From positions 31,248,001 through 31,312,000 of the forward strand of contig OX597819.1 in assembly GCA_951406725.2 (NCBI GenBank): a stretch of 64,000 nt of DNA, given 5' to 3'. The notes under the pieces were generated by a model. That model ran no database searches, was not told the origin of the DNA, and worked only from the letters and a program-made list of their open reading frames with translations. Below are positions 12,104-25,272 of this stretch, piece after piece. The position numbers and the translations under genes were made by a program. Within the stretch, counting starts at the first letter, position 1. Every line of letters starts with the position of its first letter. This DNA comes from Octopus vulgaris. Its lineage: Eukaryota.

Positions 12104-12479
12104 ATTTAATTTCATATTCACAAAAATTTTATGCTAGTAAGCTACCAGCAAAATATGAAGAATCTTTGTTAGAAATTGCCCTTTGTAACCCTCCAAAGCA
12201 AAGGATGAAATAAAATTCAACCTCTCCAGACACACACACACACAAACACAGACACACACATAAATAATCTGAAAATGGAGAACACTTTTGATCAACAAAC
12301 AAACAAATTGAACCACATCGGTTGATTATTTTTTGATACAAAACATCAACTACCATTTCTTATGGCTGTTTCCGCTTCTAATGTTAATCGGAGCTTACGA
12401 AAGAAATTACGAAAATAATATTCATTATCTTCATAGTACATTCGATCTAGTATATGGAGCTTCACCAGAGTGAATACAA

Positions 12480-13388
12480 ATGTGTAAAATAAAATGAACA
12501 AGGGGAAAGGACAGGTCCTTGGGAAAATGCCAGAAGGCTCAATATATTAAAATTATACCATCTTGCAGCATGGAGCTTGAAGTCAATAGACAAAAAAAGT
12601 ATATAAGTAAAAAGATATATTTTTCAATGTGTAAATACTGATAGAACAGCACATATAGGATAAAATCCTTTTAGAGCAGAAAAATTTGTCAAGCTGTTGT
12701 GTGAATGCTTCTGTTTTGGATGAGATTCTCCAGGTATTGTAGACTTTGTGTTTTGCTCAAAAGCTGCAGTGCAGCTTGAATAAATCACTTTTGGGACTTT
12801 TAGATACTGGGATATTTTTTTGTGATATGTGAAGGAACATGCCTAAAAGGATGATTTCAGTCACTTGCCTAGCTTCTTCAGATGAGTCAACAGTGATGCA
12901 AATGTGCTGTGAAAGATAAATAACACAAGACTAGTGGAGCTCTGAATAGTTGCTGACTTAAAGTGCCTTAAAATATGAGGGACAGGGAGTATGTGATTGC
13001 ACGTTGGGTAATTGCAATGAAGCAGTGGTTGGATGGTTGAATAGGTACAGTGATGGACATTGTTTGAGATGAGAGAAAGATCAAGGGTGCTTGCAGTATC
13101 TGTGTGTCAGTGTGGAATGCAAAGTGATGACTCAAGTTGGTGTAAAGAGTTGAGAATAGTCAAGAATTTGGTTTCTACATTAACAGCGTCAGTGTTGGAT
13201 GAGTGTGAAAGCCATGAGATATGAGTGTTAAAGTCACTGAAAACATTGACTTTGGAGAAGAAAGAGATGAAATACATGTTCTCAATAAGGGATGTGATCA
13301 AAGAGTTGCTGGTGGTTTGAAGAGTTTGGAGAGCAGTAGTGGAAGTAGATGTATTTGAGGAATAAAAGAGATAGATAGATAGATAGAG

Positions 13389-13420
<32 letters not shown>

Positions 13421-13850
13421 GGGGGGGCTTTGAACTGGAGTAAGTGGAAGTCATTATTGCCTAGTGAAAGAGACAATGTCACCTTTTGGAGTGAAATTTG
13501 ACTAGAGAGTGAATCCTGGATGGCTGAGATGGGTTGTAGATAGAAATTAATTGTGTGATTTCCATGTAACAAACAGGTGATATCTAGTGAGATCTTGGTT
13601 GAAAAGAAGTCCTCAAATGTTGGAAAATGGGAGGAATTATTGGCAAAGAGGTTTGAATATTATTTTTGGCACTGAGGGATGTATAGAGGGTGATGGTGCC
13701 TAGAAAGTTCATGAAGTCCCAGGAGTAACGGCCTGGTCTGAATGCCTGCAACAGAGTGAATTCTGCTAAAGACACCCAAGAGCTAGATAATGGTGTTAAA
13801 CATGACGACGTAGTGTACCAGTGGACTTCTATGCCAAATAGAAGAGGGCT
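12480..13850 (-). mobile_element. Old LINE relic (APE endonuclease region)
   Basis: Minus translation ..NVFSDFNTHISWLSHSSNTD..LNSLHQL..CIP resembles the GDFN.H..WL / L.QL...PTR motifs; interrupted by (GATA)n. Confidence 0.6.
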
Positions 13851-16800
13851 AAATTGGGATGAAAAATAGAAGAAAAAGCAAAAGAAAGAAAGAACTGTAA
13901 AATATTGTTGTTGTTATGATTATTATTATTAATGGTAGTAGTAGTAATATTAGAAGGGGGTAAGAAGGGAGGATGAGAAGAAGGAGAAAGTGAAGAAGGG
14001 AAGATGAAAGAGGGGACGGAGGAAGAAAAAGGGAGAGTTGGAGGAATGGAGTAGGAGGAAGAGAGGAGTAACTGTGGTAGCAGTGCAAATTGGGATCAAC
14101 TCACTACTTCAACATTAATAAAAAGGAGAAAATGTTCTTAGAGAAACATAACAGAAGTAGTTGGTAGGCTTCTATAGATATCATGGCATACCTTGGACTA
14201 TATCAACTAATGTGTCCTTTTTTTTAAAAGATGCTGAGGGCTATGTTTGTGGTTGAACGTAAAGGCTCCATAGCATTCTGCTGAGAGTTACTTCCCCTCA
14301 TTAACCACGACTTCTCTGTGAAAAATAGTTATACACTTTATTAATTAAAAATTAAAATTCAGAGTAACTTCCCATTACCCAGTCTCCTTGAGAATTTCCA
14401 ACTTCTGTTGAAGGATGCACAGAAAATTACTATCTGTCCTGATCGAACAGATAATCGCATCTTTTATTCAAGCATAGGTTTTCTAGGATTACATTATCGA
14501 ACACTTTGGTTGTATTTTTAGCGTGCCGAGCTACTACTTATCATCTTCAGATAATTCCTGATTGCGAAAAGATGCATACGACAAACAAGAATTTAAAAGT
14601 CAGCAACGAAATTGAGAAGAACTGTAAACTGTTCCAAGTAAATTAATAATATACTAGTAACAACGTTTCATATTCGTTAGAAGTGAATCGATGAGAATAA
14701 GGTAGGTTTGAGTTGAAGAGTTAATAGTACTCAGACAATAAAGTACTAAAGCATAAGTCTTTGGGATAACCTCTACATGGTTGTTTAATCTGCTAAAAAT
14801 AACAGGTCGATCTGCCGCAAATCATATCATACAGTCTTAAAAACGTGTATGTGTTAGTGGGGTGGCGTGAAATGTATTAGGCAAAATTGGTAACTGGAAC
14901 AAAATGAGTAATTTCTGATTGCTTGCTATTCTTTCCCTACCTGCTTGAAAGCATGACATTGCAAGTACCGCATCGTCATTTTGTAATGTTGCATCATCTT
15001 GAGGAGTAAAAATTGGTCAGTATAGTTGTTGTTGAAGTTGAGGGAGTTTGAAACATAGTTGGTGATAAGGTACTTTTTTTTTAGGGAAATTTTTTCTCAA
15101 ATTTAACCCGATTGTAATTGAGGTTGCAAATAAAATATCTAGATAATTTTTTTCTCTATTGAGTTCCAAGTAAATTCGACCCCCACTGTTACTAATGTCC
15201 AATTTGATAATTTTCAAGTTTCAAAAAATGATGTCTAAAATGGAGCAAAATATGTAATGACTAATTTCAATAATTTCTTCTTTTTAAATGCATGGTATGT
15301 AAATATATTGGGAAGAAAGGCCACTCCAGCAGATTGTGAAGAAGTTATAAGAATATTTTATGTTGAGTTTTTAGATTTAGTTAAGTGTCATTAATTTCAT
15401 ATGTGCATTTTTCCATGAACCTTTTTTAATTTCATCTCGATATCTAAAATTTTTGTTGCATTTCTGATGTCTGAGGATGGGTATTGATGTGTACGAGTTT
15501 TTTTTTTTTATTCAAATGTAATTCAGGAAAATTGAAAACGTAATTTATCTCATCTTGTCTTACTCATTTTTCCCCAGCAAAATTTGTCTTTTACATTCTC
15601 AAAAAGAACAGAGATAGTTTTCTGAAATAGTGTTCTGAATATGTTATGTTGTTTTAAAGGTATTTAGAGAAGGTCATTTGTTTAGCTGATATACTTTTTG
15701 TAAGGTAGTGAACATTTGTAAAAAATATTTTTTCTTAAAGTTAAAAATGCAGTAAATATTACTCATTGTGCCCCCCACTCGGAGTATAGTCACCAGTGAA
15801 TAAATCAGACGGTCACAGCTGGAACATTTTGATCAAGGGTCAACTCAATCAGAGCTGATCTGGAGTTACACAACAACTAAAACATTTACCGAAGATACCA
15901 TCAATGAACAAACTATCAATAAAAATGCTTGTCTTGGTGTAGTATATGAATAAGACGTTTTCAATAGTATATCTATCTTTTTTCAGGGTTGATAAAATGA
16001 GTACCAGTTGAAAACTGAGGTTGATGTAATTGACTTATCCCTTCCCCCAAAATTTCAGGCCTTGTGCCTTTAGTAGAAAGGATTATCATTATTAAGGTGG
16101 CAGAACCTATAGAACATCAGAACAGAAGTGCCTTATAGTAGTTGTTCCAAGCTTGCTGAGGCCAGCTTTGCTTTCATACTTTCAGAGTAAGTAAAATAAA
16201 GTATCAGTGAAGGACTTAGGGGTTAATGGTATTGTGTAACTGCCTCTCTTTAAAATTTCTGGTTGTGTGCCTAAATCAGAAACAATTATTAAAAAGTAGA
16301 ATGTTAGATGAAATATCTCAGGTTTAGAGACTTGTCTTCAGTTTCAATGATGCTAAATAATATAATCTGGATATGGTGACAATTTATTGCAGGTAATTTT
16401 CTCATAGGTGGAATCAATTCGACACAGTGAATTATACCACCCTATAGTACTTACTTATAATAAAAGAAACTTTGCTTTTCAGAATTAAATTTCTTGGCTA
16501 TGGATATAGCTTGTCTGAGAATGTACCAAAGCTAATGGGAAAAAGAAATCTTTGGTGTAGCTTTGTGAAGTGCATCTCAGTTGTGGCCTTTTGAAAAAGA
16601 ATATCCCAGAGGCAATGGCAAGGTATAAATTGATTTTATGACTAGTTGTTCATTATTCATGAATCGCAGTTACAATGACAAGCTATAGACCATTAATCTG
16701 TAGCAAGACTCTTAGCTAGTTGCCCATCATATCTCTATCATAATAGCTATAAAATGAATGCTATAAACCATTCATCTCAAGGTTAGTTGTTCATCATCTC

Positions 16801-17308
16801 TAGGTCTCAATAAGTAATGACAAGATATAAATTACTGCACTCAATACTTTATTGACTTCAATATCAGTTGAGGAAAGAATTTGTTGGTTTAAGTTGGGAT
16901 AAGATATTATTTAAAAATTGTTTTTTCCATCACTGTAGAAATTTTGGTGCTAAGAACAATAAAATTTAGTCATCACTTTAGGCTCATCTAACTTAAACGT
17001 TTTTAAGTACAATCTCAGGTAGGTGGAAGTCTAGAGATTAAGAACATTAAACAGCTAAAATATGTACACGTGTAATAAAAATGAATGTTAGTTAATTATT
17101 GTTTAGCTAATGTAAAAAAATAGTCATCAATATTTAATACATATATGAATATACTTTTGTTGTTTAATTAAATATACTATCAAATAATAAGTATAATGCT
17201 AACACAGTCTAGACAAAACCCCATCTCTGGACTATGTTAACGAGAGGAAGATCATGGTAGAATTTCTGAATGATGTAGGGAAAAGGATCAGGTTGTAGTA
17301 TATTGAAC

Positions 17309-17722
17309 GGATCTTTTCGGTTTGAACGGCAGTTTTTTTCTACCGGTGTCGTATGAAATTGTCACCCATAATTATGACCCTAGAATCGATCTATTGCATT
17401 TCAATCTGTGTTAGGGTTAGGGTGGGGGGAAGGGTATCTTTTTTTCCCTTCACAAATGTAAATAAACCCAATCTGTTTCTTAAACGAGGGACATATTCAT
17501 ACGGCACAGAATGTTTTTTTTTACCTCAATAGACGTCAGTGATTGGTTGAAATTGCAGAAATTGAAGAAAAAACAACAAATATCTTACAAACTATAGAAT
17601 TTTCTCAATAAAGCCAAGAGAAAAAGATGTTTTATAAACACATTCTACCAGTATACGAAGTTTAAAATTTTTTAGTTACCTAGAAATTATGTTAAAAACT
17701 GTCGTTCAAATCGAAAAGATCC
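17309..17722. mobile_element. MITE family E, copy 3
   Basis: TIRs as above; imperfect 8-bp TSD TATTGAAC/AAATGAAC. Confidence 0.85.
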
Positions 17723-18474
17723 AAATGAACTTTAAATAAACATCAACACTTAATGAGGTTTTGGCATATTGTTTTGTTGTAGTATTTTGCCGTTTTGGCA
17801 TGACGTTTCGGTTGTAGTAGCACATTTTTGTAATTGAGGTTATGATTAATGTAATTTTTTACATCTCAAAGTGTTCATAAACTACAAATGATAGAAATAA
17901 AAATTGATTTAAAAATTGCTTGTGTTATTTTTTTGTCATGTGGGTGTTTCGTCCTAAGAGTTTTTTTTTTTGTAGGGAGTTTTGTCTACACAATGCTTAT
18001 AGTATTCAAAACTGAGTATGGTTTCGTATGTCAACAAAAATATTAATTTTGAACAAAAGTAACAGAAGATGCAGAACTTGTTGATACAAAAATAGACTAA
18101 TTAAAGAATTGCTAAATTTCCAGAGTAGAAAACGTAAGTTGTACTATTTTGGCCTTTCTGAGAAGCGAAATGTGCTAGAGACCATCTAGAAGTAATTGGT
18201 TGCTTTGGGATAACAACAATACAATAATACTTTATTATATATACATATACATATATATAACTTCAAATTTATATATAGCAGATATATACAAGTGTGGGAC
18301 ATTTCATCGGTAAGCAGTGTGTCGGTCTTATCAACATGGTATCAAGAGAGAATCGAGTGCGGAACAATAAAAAATAGAAAAAGCTGGTGAAGATCGGATG
18401 TATTTGAGAATTAGTAGCAGTAATATAAGTATCAACAGAAGTTATGCACCACTCCAATGTCCTCCTACATACTT

Positions 18475-18705
18475 AGGCGACGAGCTGGCAGAATCGTTAG
18501 CACGCCAGCCGAAATGCTTAGCAGTATTTAGTTTGCCGCTACGTTCTGAGTTCAAATTCCGCCGAGGTCGACTTTGCCTTTCATCCTTTCGGGGTCGATT
18601 AAATAAGTACCAGTTACGCACTGAGGTCGATATAATCGACTTAATCCGTTCGTCTGTCCTTGTTTGTCCCCTCTATGTTTAGCCCCTTGTGGGTAGTAAA
18701 GAAAT
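18475..18705 (+). mobile_element. SINE family B
   Basis: High identity to 1869-2099. Confidence 0.85.
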
Positions 18706-18789
18706 TTATATTCCAACGGTAGTTGTAATAGTGGTAGCTATAGCATTCTCTCGACATCCGCTCCTGGTCCATTATAGTAAAACTGCTTT

Positions 18790-19000
18790 ATAAAGCACCC
18801 AATGAAACAGAATTATTACATAAAACGTACCAATGAAAACCATTTATTAGCTCTCTCTATATCTTTAGGTTTAGCCGAAGTAAATAGTGTGCCAAACGTA
18901 AATTATGACGTCACGGGAACTTGTGTAACAACAACATTATATCACATGTAGAAATTGTTTTCAACAATTTGATATAGCACTGAAATCTTTACAGGTTTGT
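18790..19000 (+). promoter_or_regulatory. Second putative promoter (CRE + CCAAT boxes), possible alternative first exon or divergent promoter
   Basis: Perfect CRE TGACGTCA 18906-18913; CCAAT at ~18799 and ~18831; donor-like CAG|gtttgt at ~18994; unique DNA that retains CpG. Confidence 0.3.
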
Positions 19001-19959
19001 ATTGTCATTATTGTTTATATAAAGGCAATGTGATATAGTACTATAACATCGAATATATATTGATTAAACAAAAACCCAAACAATAATTCTTGTGATACTC
19101 GATCATGTTTGGCATCAGTTATATAATCTGTAAGTGTGTCATCCAGATGAACGATTAGTTAATTTTGGTACATATGAATTAATATTTTAGCTGTGTTGTA
19201 AGTTTTACTTTTTCATAATTTTTTTTTTTAATAACTAATATCAAAATTATTAATTTATTTTATTTTAATCACCTTTGTATATTCTGTGCTGGATAAAATG
19301 ATGTCGAATTGCATGTATCTTTCCTCCTATATTCGATTGTTGAAATCAAATGATTATTTATAGAACTGGGTTTGACTTAATGGACTATATTCTTTTAAAT
19401 TTGAGACCGCGTGACTATAATTAGAAATAAATATTTACTTATTTTATTATTTACGTTAACACGACATTACTTTTGATTGATTATAATTAAAAATAGCAGC
19501 TGAGACAAAGTTATAGATGGGTAGCTAGAGACATGCAGAGAAAAGCAGAAAAAGTCAGGATGATGAATAAAAGCGCGCGAGAAAGGGAATGAGTGAGTGA
19601 GAGGAAGACGTAGAAAACACGAGGAAGAAGAAATAATATTTGAATAGAAAATTTGAAGTCAGTGGTAATTAACAAATAATTTCTAACGAGCGTCGATAAG
19701 AGTTCAAACAGATCAAAATAAAAGTAGTTCTCCTACACTCATCAATGAAAGTAGAATTATGTAACAGTGAAAGTAAGAGAAAATGTATTAGTACAGAACA
19801 CATGGAATAGGTCACCTGAAGGTGCATAATAGCGACTACTTCTATTAAAGATAGAGGCAATAGGTGATCGGGAAACGGGAAGAAAAAATTATAATGAAAT
19901 AGGAAGCAAACTAGCGACTGATAACGGGTAATTAACATGCCGTGAATATTCGATTATAA

Positions 19960-20242
19960 AGAATATTCAGTGTGGACTTTTATCTTAATTTTACCAATCA
20001 GTGCGCGCGTATTGGCCTTCCTCCCACTACTATGCTGTGGGCGTTGGCGGCGGTGGAAGGCAAGGCGCATTGCCGACTCTCTCCTGCACCTATAACAACT
20101 ACTATATACAGTAGACGATCACATTACCAGTTTATATTACTATTTATATATTTTTTAAACCACACTTCTTGGATTGCCAAAGATCTATTGTCACCACACC
20201 ATTTGTTTTATAACATGCAAGTCGGCTGACGTTGCGGTAATT
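19960..20242 (+). promoter_or_regulatory. Putative CpG-rich promoter and non-coding first exon of PHKG
   Basis: Local CpG/GC enrichment in a CpG-poor window; CCAAT (~19994) and ATTGG (~20011) flanking GCGCGCG; GC-rich GGCGGCGG; donor-like GCG|gtaatt at ~20237 followed by T-rich intron-like DNA. The link to PHKG is inferred. Confidence 0.45.
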
Positions 20243-20841
20243 TCAATATTCTATTCGTCTGTACCTGCGCAAGTTTATCTATTTGAAATGTTGCATGCAT
20301 TTTACTTTTCTTAAGAAAAAAAAAAAAATCGATAACTGTTTATCAGCAATATACTTATGTTTTTTTTTTTTTGTTTTCCCTTAGTGTACGGGTGGTCTAT
20401 ATTTTATTATTTTTGCCTGCAATTTCAATTTTGTGATGATTTTAATTACATTACTTGCGTTATTAATTAATAACTAAACATTATGATACCGTTATAGTAA
20501 AATAGTATCCACTTTATTCATCGATTATCTTTTTTTTCTTTTCTTCACTACCTTGATTGATATGATTTCGAAAATCATATCAATCAACCGTGGTGATACA
20601 AATTACACACACACACACACATTATATAAGATATTTCCATCGTAGCATATATACAGAGACAAAACAAAGCACAATATGCTTGTGTCCTTCACTTTGCGAT
20701 TGTTTTAAATTATCTTTTTTTATTTCTTTTCGGCAAATAGTTGGTATATCGTTGAATTTGCCAGTGATATTTTTGGGGAACTTGTAACTATTGAGTATCA
20801 GAACTTCCATAGAATATAGCAATAAAACCATCATACTCACA

Positions 20842-20912
<71 letters not shown>

Positions 20913-20914
<2 letters not shown>

Positions 20915-21208
20915 TTGTTTCAGTCATTTAGTCGAACAAACCGACCCCAAGACTTATTCTTTGTAAGCCTAGTACTTATTCTATCGGAGAATTTTGCTGA
21001 ACCGCTAACTTACGGGGACGCAAACACACCAACATCGGTTGTTAAGCGATGGTGGTGGTGGTGGTGGGGGAACTAACACAGACACACAAATACACACACA
21101 CACATATATAGATATATACGACGCGCCTCTTTCAACGTCCGTCTACCAAATCCACTCACAAGGCTTTGGTCGGCTCGAGGCTAGAGTAGGAGACACTTGG
21201 CCACTCCT

Positions 21209-21211
<3 letters not shown>
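20913..21211 (-). mobile_element. SINE family A, internally deleted
   Basis: Matches 11707-12103 with deletions. Confidence 0.75.
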
Positions 21212-21263
<52 letters not shown>

Positions 21264-21533
21264 ATACACGCCATAAAGTTAAACCCTTTATGGGTGGGTA
21301 ATCCCATAAACCGGCCTTTCCCCACTTTTGATATATATATATATATATATTGTTATACATGAGAATGCTCATATTTTATCAATTAAACACAGGCACACGA
21401 ATCTTGCAGAATAAATATATAAACAAATACACACGTTATTTATGACTGCGGCTTTAAAGTTGAAACAAATTAAAGAGTTCTCTCTTTCTCTCTGTGTGTA
21501 TATATATGTGTGTGTGTGTATACATACACACAC

Positions 21534-21590
21534 TACCTTAGATTTCCCGTCCATAAAAGGTTTAGTTTTATGGCGTATCATCAGACCCCA
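21534..21590 (-). ncRNA. Hammerhead motif truncated at its cleavage site
   Basis: Minus strand GGGGT-CTGATGA-tacgCCATAAAA..TTTTATGGacgg-GAAA-TC-taa-GG-TA, followed immediately by (GT)n; the sister + copy at 21625-21695 continues with ATCCC (3' strand of helix I). Confidence 0.6.
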
Positions 21591-22049
21591 AAAACCTGTT
21601 GGTCCATGACCTCGGGCCAACAGAGTTTGGGATCTAGCGGTACACCATAAAGCTAAACCTTTTATGGACGGGAAACCTAAGGTAATCCCATAAACCGGGT
21701 TTTCCCTTTTGTAATATATACTGCTCTACACCTTAGACATCTTAGGGAGTGCTTCTTTCGGATTTATGTTTTACCGGACTGGCCAGATTGCTAGCTTGCC
21801 GATGGCATGTGGGCCCCCCTGCGCCATTAGAATTCATATATGGGAGCCTGCGGTTAGTATCCCCTCAAATTTGAGAATTTTTAATTCGCTCCTGGAAGAA
21901 TGCATTAATTATTTCAGCCTGGCTGTGTTTGTAGATAGTTGAAAAGAATACTTTTAACAAAAAAAAAAAAAAAAAATTCAATGACAGCATTGTAGTTGCG
22001 GGTGGCCCCTCTTAGTCTCCTGACATATTTTTAGACCCTGTCCGCCACT

Positions 22050-22270
22050 ATATATATATATATATATATACATATATGTGTGTGTACACACATATATATA
22101 TATATGTATATATGTGTGTACACACATACACACACACTCCTATATGTATGTATATATATATGTATACATATACTTATACATCTACATATATACATATTTC
22201 TACACACATTCATGTATGTATATATGTATACTCCCCAGACAACAATATATATCTATGTATATATATTCAC

Positions 22271-22318
<48 letters not shown>

Positions 22319-22335
22319 CACACACACATATATGT
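22050..22335. repeat. Compound (TA)/(CA) microsatellite
   Basis: Seen directly. Confidence 0.9.
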
Positions 22336-22440
22336 AAACATGGATCTATTCCATCTCAATCAAAGAGTTTTTAATTAATTTTTTTAGATGCAACACAGAT
22401 ACATATATCTGAACATATATACATACATATATGTGTACAT

Positions 22441-22540
22441 ATCGGCTAACTCTGATGAGCGTAAGGTCATATAATCGGATTGTTGCCTAACACTCCATTG
22501 TATTCCTTGCGCGAAACCGATTGGTAAGATCAACCGCGAT
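22441..22540 (+). ncRNA. Type I hammerhead ribozyme (Penelope-LTR/minimal type), intact core
   Basis: CTGATGA 22452-22458; helix II GCGTAAGG/CCTTGCGC; GAAA 22513-22516; helix III A-CC-gatt-GG-T; GUA cleavage triplet ending 22526; interrupted helix I (ATCG..CT / AG..CGAT). Confidence 0.75.
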
Positions 22541-23447
22541 AGATATATATATAATATTGTACATATCGGATAATACATACATATCTACACACACTCTCAC
22601 ACACGTATATATATATATATATATATATATATAATGATGCATGTGTATATATTTATATATAGTATTGTGGACGATAAAAAAATTTTTGTTCTATTATATT
22701 TGGTTCCTGACAGATATAGAGATAAATTTCAGTGTTACAAACACAACATTATATATAATTGTTATGGGGTGAAAGACCAGTTGTGTTACTCTTTTGCTTC
22801 TCGATTCGATAAAGCAAATATAAAAGTTAAATTAACTGTATTTTAACTCTATTTGCATGTCTCTACCTATGAAAGAAAAATATAAGAAAAAATTTCTAAA
22901 TATACACGCTGGATTGATATGTAGCAATCAAGTCATATAATAAACAGTTGTCATATGTTGATCTATGTGTGTTTTTAAGGAAACGTGTTTACAAAGTATC
23001 GTGTTTATTTTATGCTTGATAGATTTAATTCACGCTCTGTTTAATGTAACACCAAATGTTTATTAGAATCAGCTGTACGTCGGGAGGGGGTGTGACATTT
23101 TAAAATAAAGTATTTGCCTTAGTTTCGTAAGATAAGTCTTGCCTAAGTATCCAAACAAAAAAAAAAAAAGGAAGTATTTGACTTATTCTCGTAATAGTAA
23201 ATCAGTTTATTGTATTATTTGAACATCGTTCATAGAACATTTAATATTTTGGGGGTGTTTCCTTATATTCCTAAACAACTTCTTTCTCGATGTATATCAT
23301 GAATGAACAGGATTTCGTTGTTTCCATATTCTTAACTCTTCTTTTTATTCAGTTATCGGATTTGTGTTTCGATTTTTCATAGATATTGTGCAGGATGGAT
23401 ATGTAGCAAAAAGGGACAAATGAAAAATATCTTTTAACACTGTTCTC

Positions 23448-23644
23448 TTAACCCTTTCGTTACTGTATTTACTTTAAATATAACAAAGAATTTAGTAAAA
23501 TAACTTAGTTATCATTAAGCCAGTGTTAGGAACATAAATTATGGCTAAGGTTTGGTAGAAGATTTTAATTCAAAACTTATGAAACAAGACATTTATACTC
23601 AGAGCCAGAGCCAGTTTCAGCCGGGTTGGTAACGAAAGGGTTAA
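23448..23644. mobile_element. piggyBac-like MITE family J
   Basis: TTAA|CCCTTTCGTTAC..GTAACGAAAGGG|TTAA. Confidence 0.8.
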
Positions 23645-23722
23645 TGCACTTTCTGACAAGTTGTGGTGCACCTGAGCACTGAATACAATAATTTCATTAT
23701 TATTATTATTATATTATTATTA
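23644..23722 (+). mobile_element. Short 3' tail of a related CR1-clade LINE
   Basis: AGTTGTGGTGCACCTGAGCACTG + (tta)n, matching 26887-26940. Confidence 0.6.
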
Positions 23723-24869
23723 TCTAATGAATTTACTTGATTGACTGACTGCCCCACACACACACATCGAGACAACAACACCCGAAGTAGAAATAGTTTA
23801 TCGTTCGGACTGATTGGTATTTGCTCTATAAATAGCCGTATTATTCAATATCTGATATGTTGTTATCGACTAACACATATTGATTACGAAAGGACATGAA
23901 ACCTCGCTAGTCTCCTTGAACATTTATCTGTCTTTAAATTTAACTCTCATATACGGAATGGTACGTAGCATGTCATTATTGTCTTTGAAAATACTTTGGT
24001 CGGTCATTGGTAATATGAAGATATACATTAAATTCGAAATTATATGCAACTTCTTTTTTCTAGTAAAATTTCAATTTCTGTTTAGAATCGTTCTTCCTTT
24101 ATTTCGTGGAGAAATTATTCTTTCACCGAATCTATTCCTTTTCACAGAACTAAAACTACATAATAAATATATCTACTTTTAACAACTGTAATCTAACCAT
24201 CAGCAAATTGATAAAAACGGTCTTCAAAAACGTCCCATTAATACTGAGAGGCCTCATAGCATTTATCAAAGGAAACAACACTACACTGCATAGTTTGTTC
24301 AAACTAAAACAAGCTTATCCAGTTACCCTTGTCTTCAAACTACTTACTATGTTTTTGAAATATTAGAATCAACAAAAGGAAGAATCCGGTTAATAAAAAA
24401 AAAAAAACGTCAAAAAGCAAACAAACATAGAAACAAAAACAATGCAGCTGCACTTGGTGCTTCATCTTACTCAACTCTAGTTTCATTCAGCAGATGTTGC
24501 AAATGCTTCCACACCTTGTTATGTTTTGATCAACCTAACATAACACATACTTGGATGTTATAAATTGTGACTGAGATTATCCATGTAAATAGCAGATAAA
24601 AACTTTCTCCATAGGTGTTTGAAATGTGAAAAAAAAAAGAAAGAAAAAGGAAAAAGTACAAACAGGAGCAATAATTCATATAAAATCAGTTGATTGAACA
24701 TTTTGGAGAATAAAAGCCATGCAGGGGATAGAAGTGGATTTTTTTCTTTCAATCTAACTAGTGAACTCATTATATTATTTACAAATGTGACCTTGGTGAT
24801 GTGTATTTAGTTTGCCAAACACTTTCTTGTGGTATTTTTCCTCAACTGTGCTGTTATTATTTTCATTTA

Positions 24870-25033
24870 TAGGCGCAGGAGTGGCTGTTTGGTAAGTAGC
24901 TTGCTTACCAGCCACATGGTTCCGAGTTCAGTCCCACTCTGTGGTACCTTGGGCAAGTGTTTTCTACTATAGCCTCGGGCCAACCAAAGCCTTGTGGGTG
25001 GATTTGGTAGATGGAAACTGAAAGAAGCCTGTC

Positions 25034-25065
<32 letters not shown>

Positions 25066-25272
25066 GTTTGTGTGTCTGTGTTTACCCCCCATCCCCCAAC
25101 ATTGCTTGACAACCGATGCTGGTGTGTTTACATCCTCGTAACTTAGCGGTTTGGCAAAAGAGACTAATATAATAAGTACTAGGCTTACAAAGAATAAGTC
25201 CTGGAGTCGATGTGCTCGACTAAAGGCGGTGCTCCAGCATGGCCGCAATCAAATGACTGAAACAAATAAAAA
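24870..25272 (+). mobile_element. SINE family A, full length
   Basis: Full match to the family consensus seen in the window. Confidence 0.85.

Noticed and set aside
16481-16622. Acceptor/donor-bounded segment on +
   Set aside because: Stops in all three frames and no recognisable product
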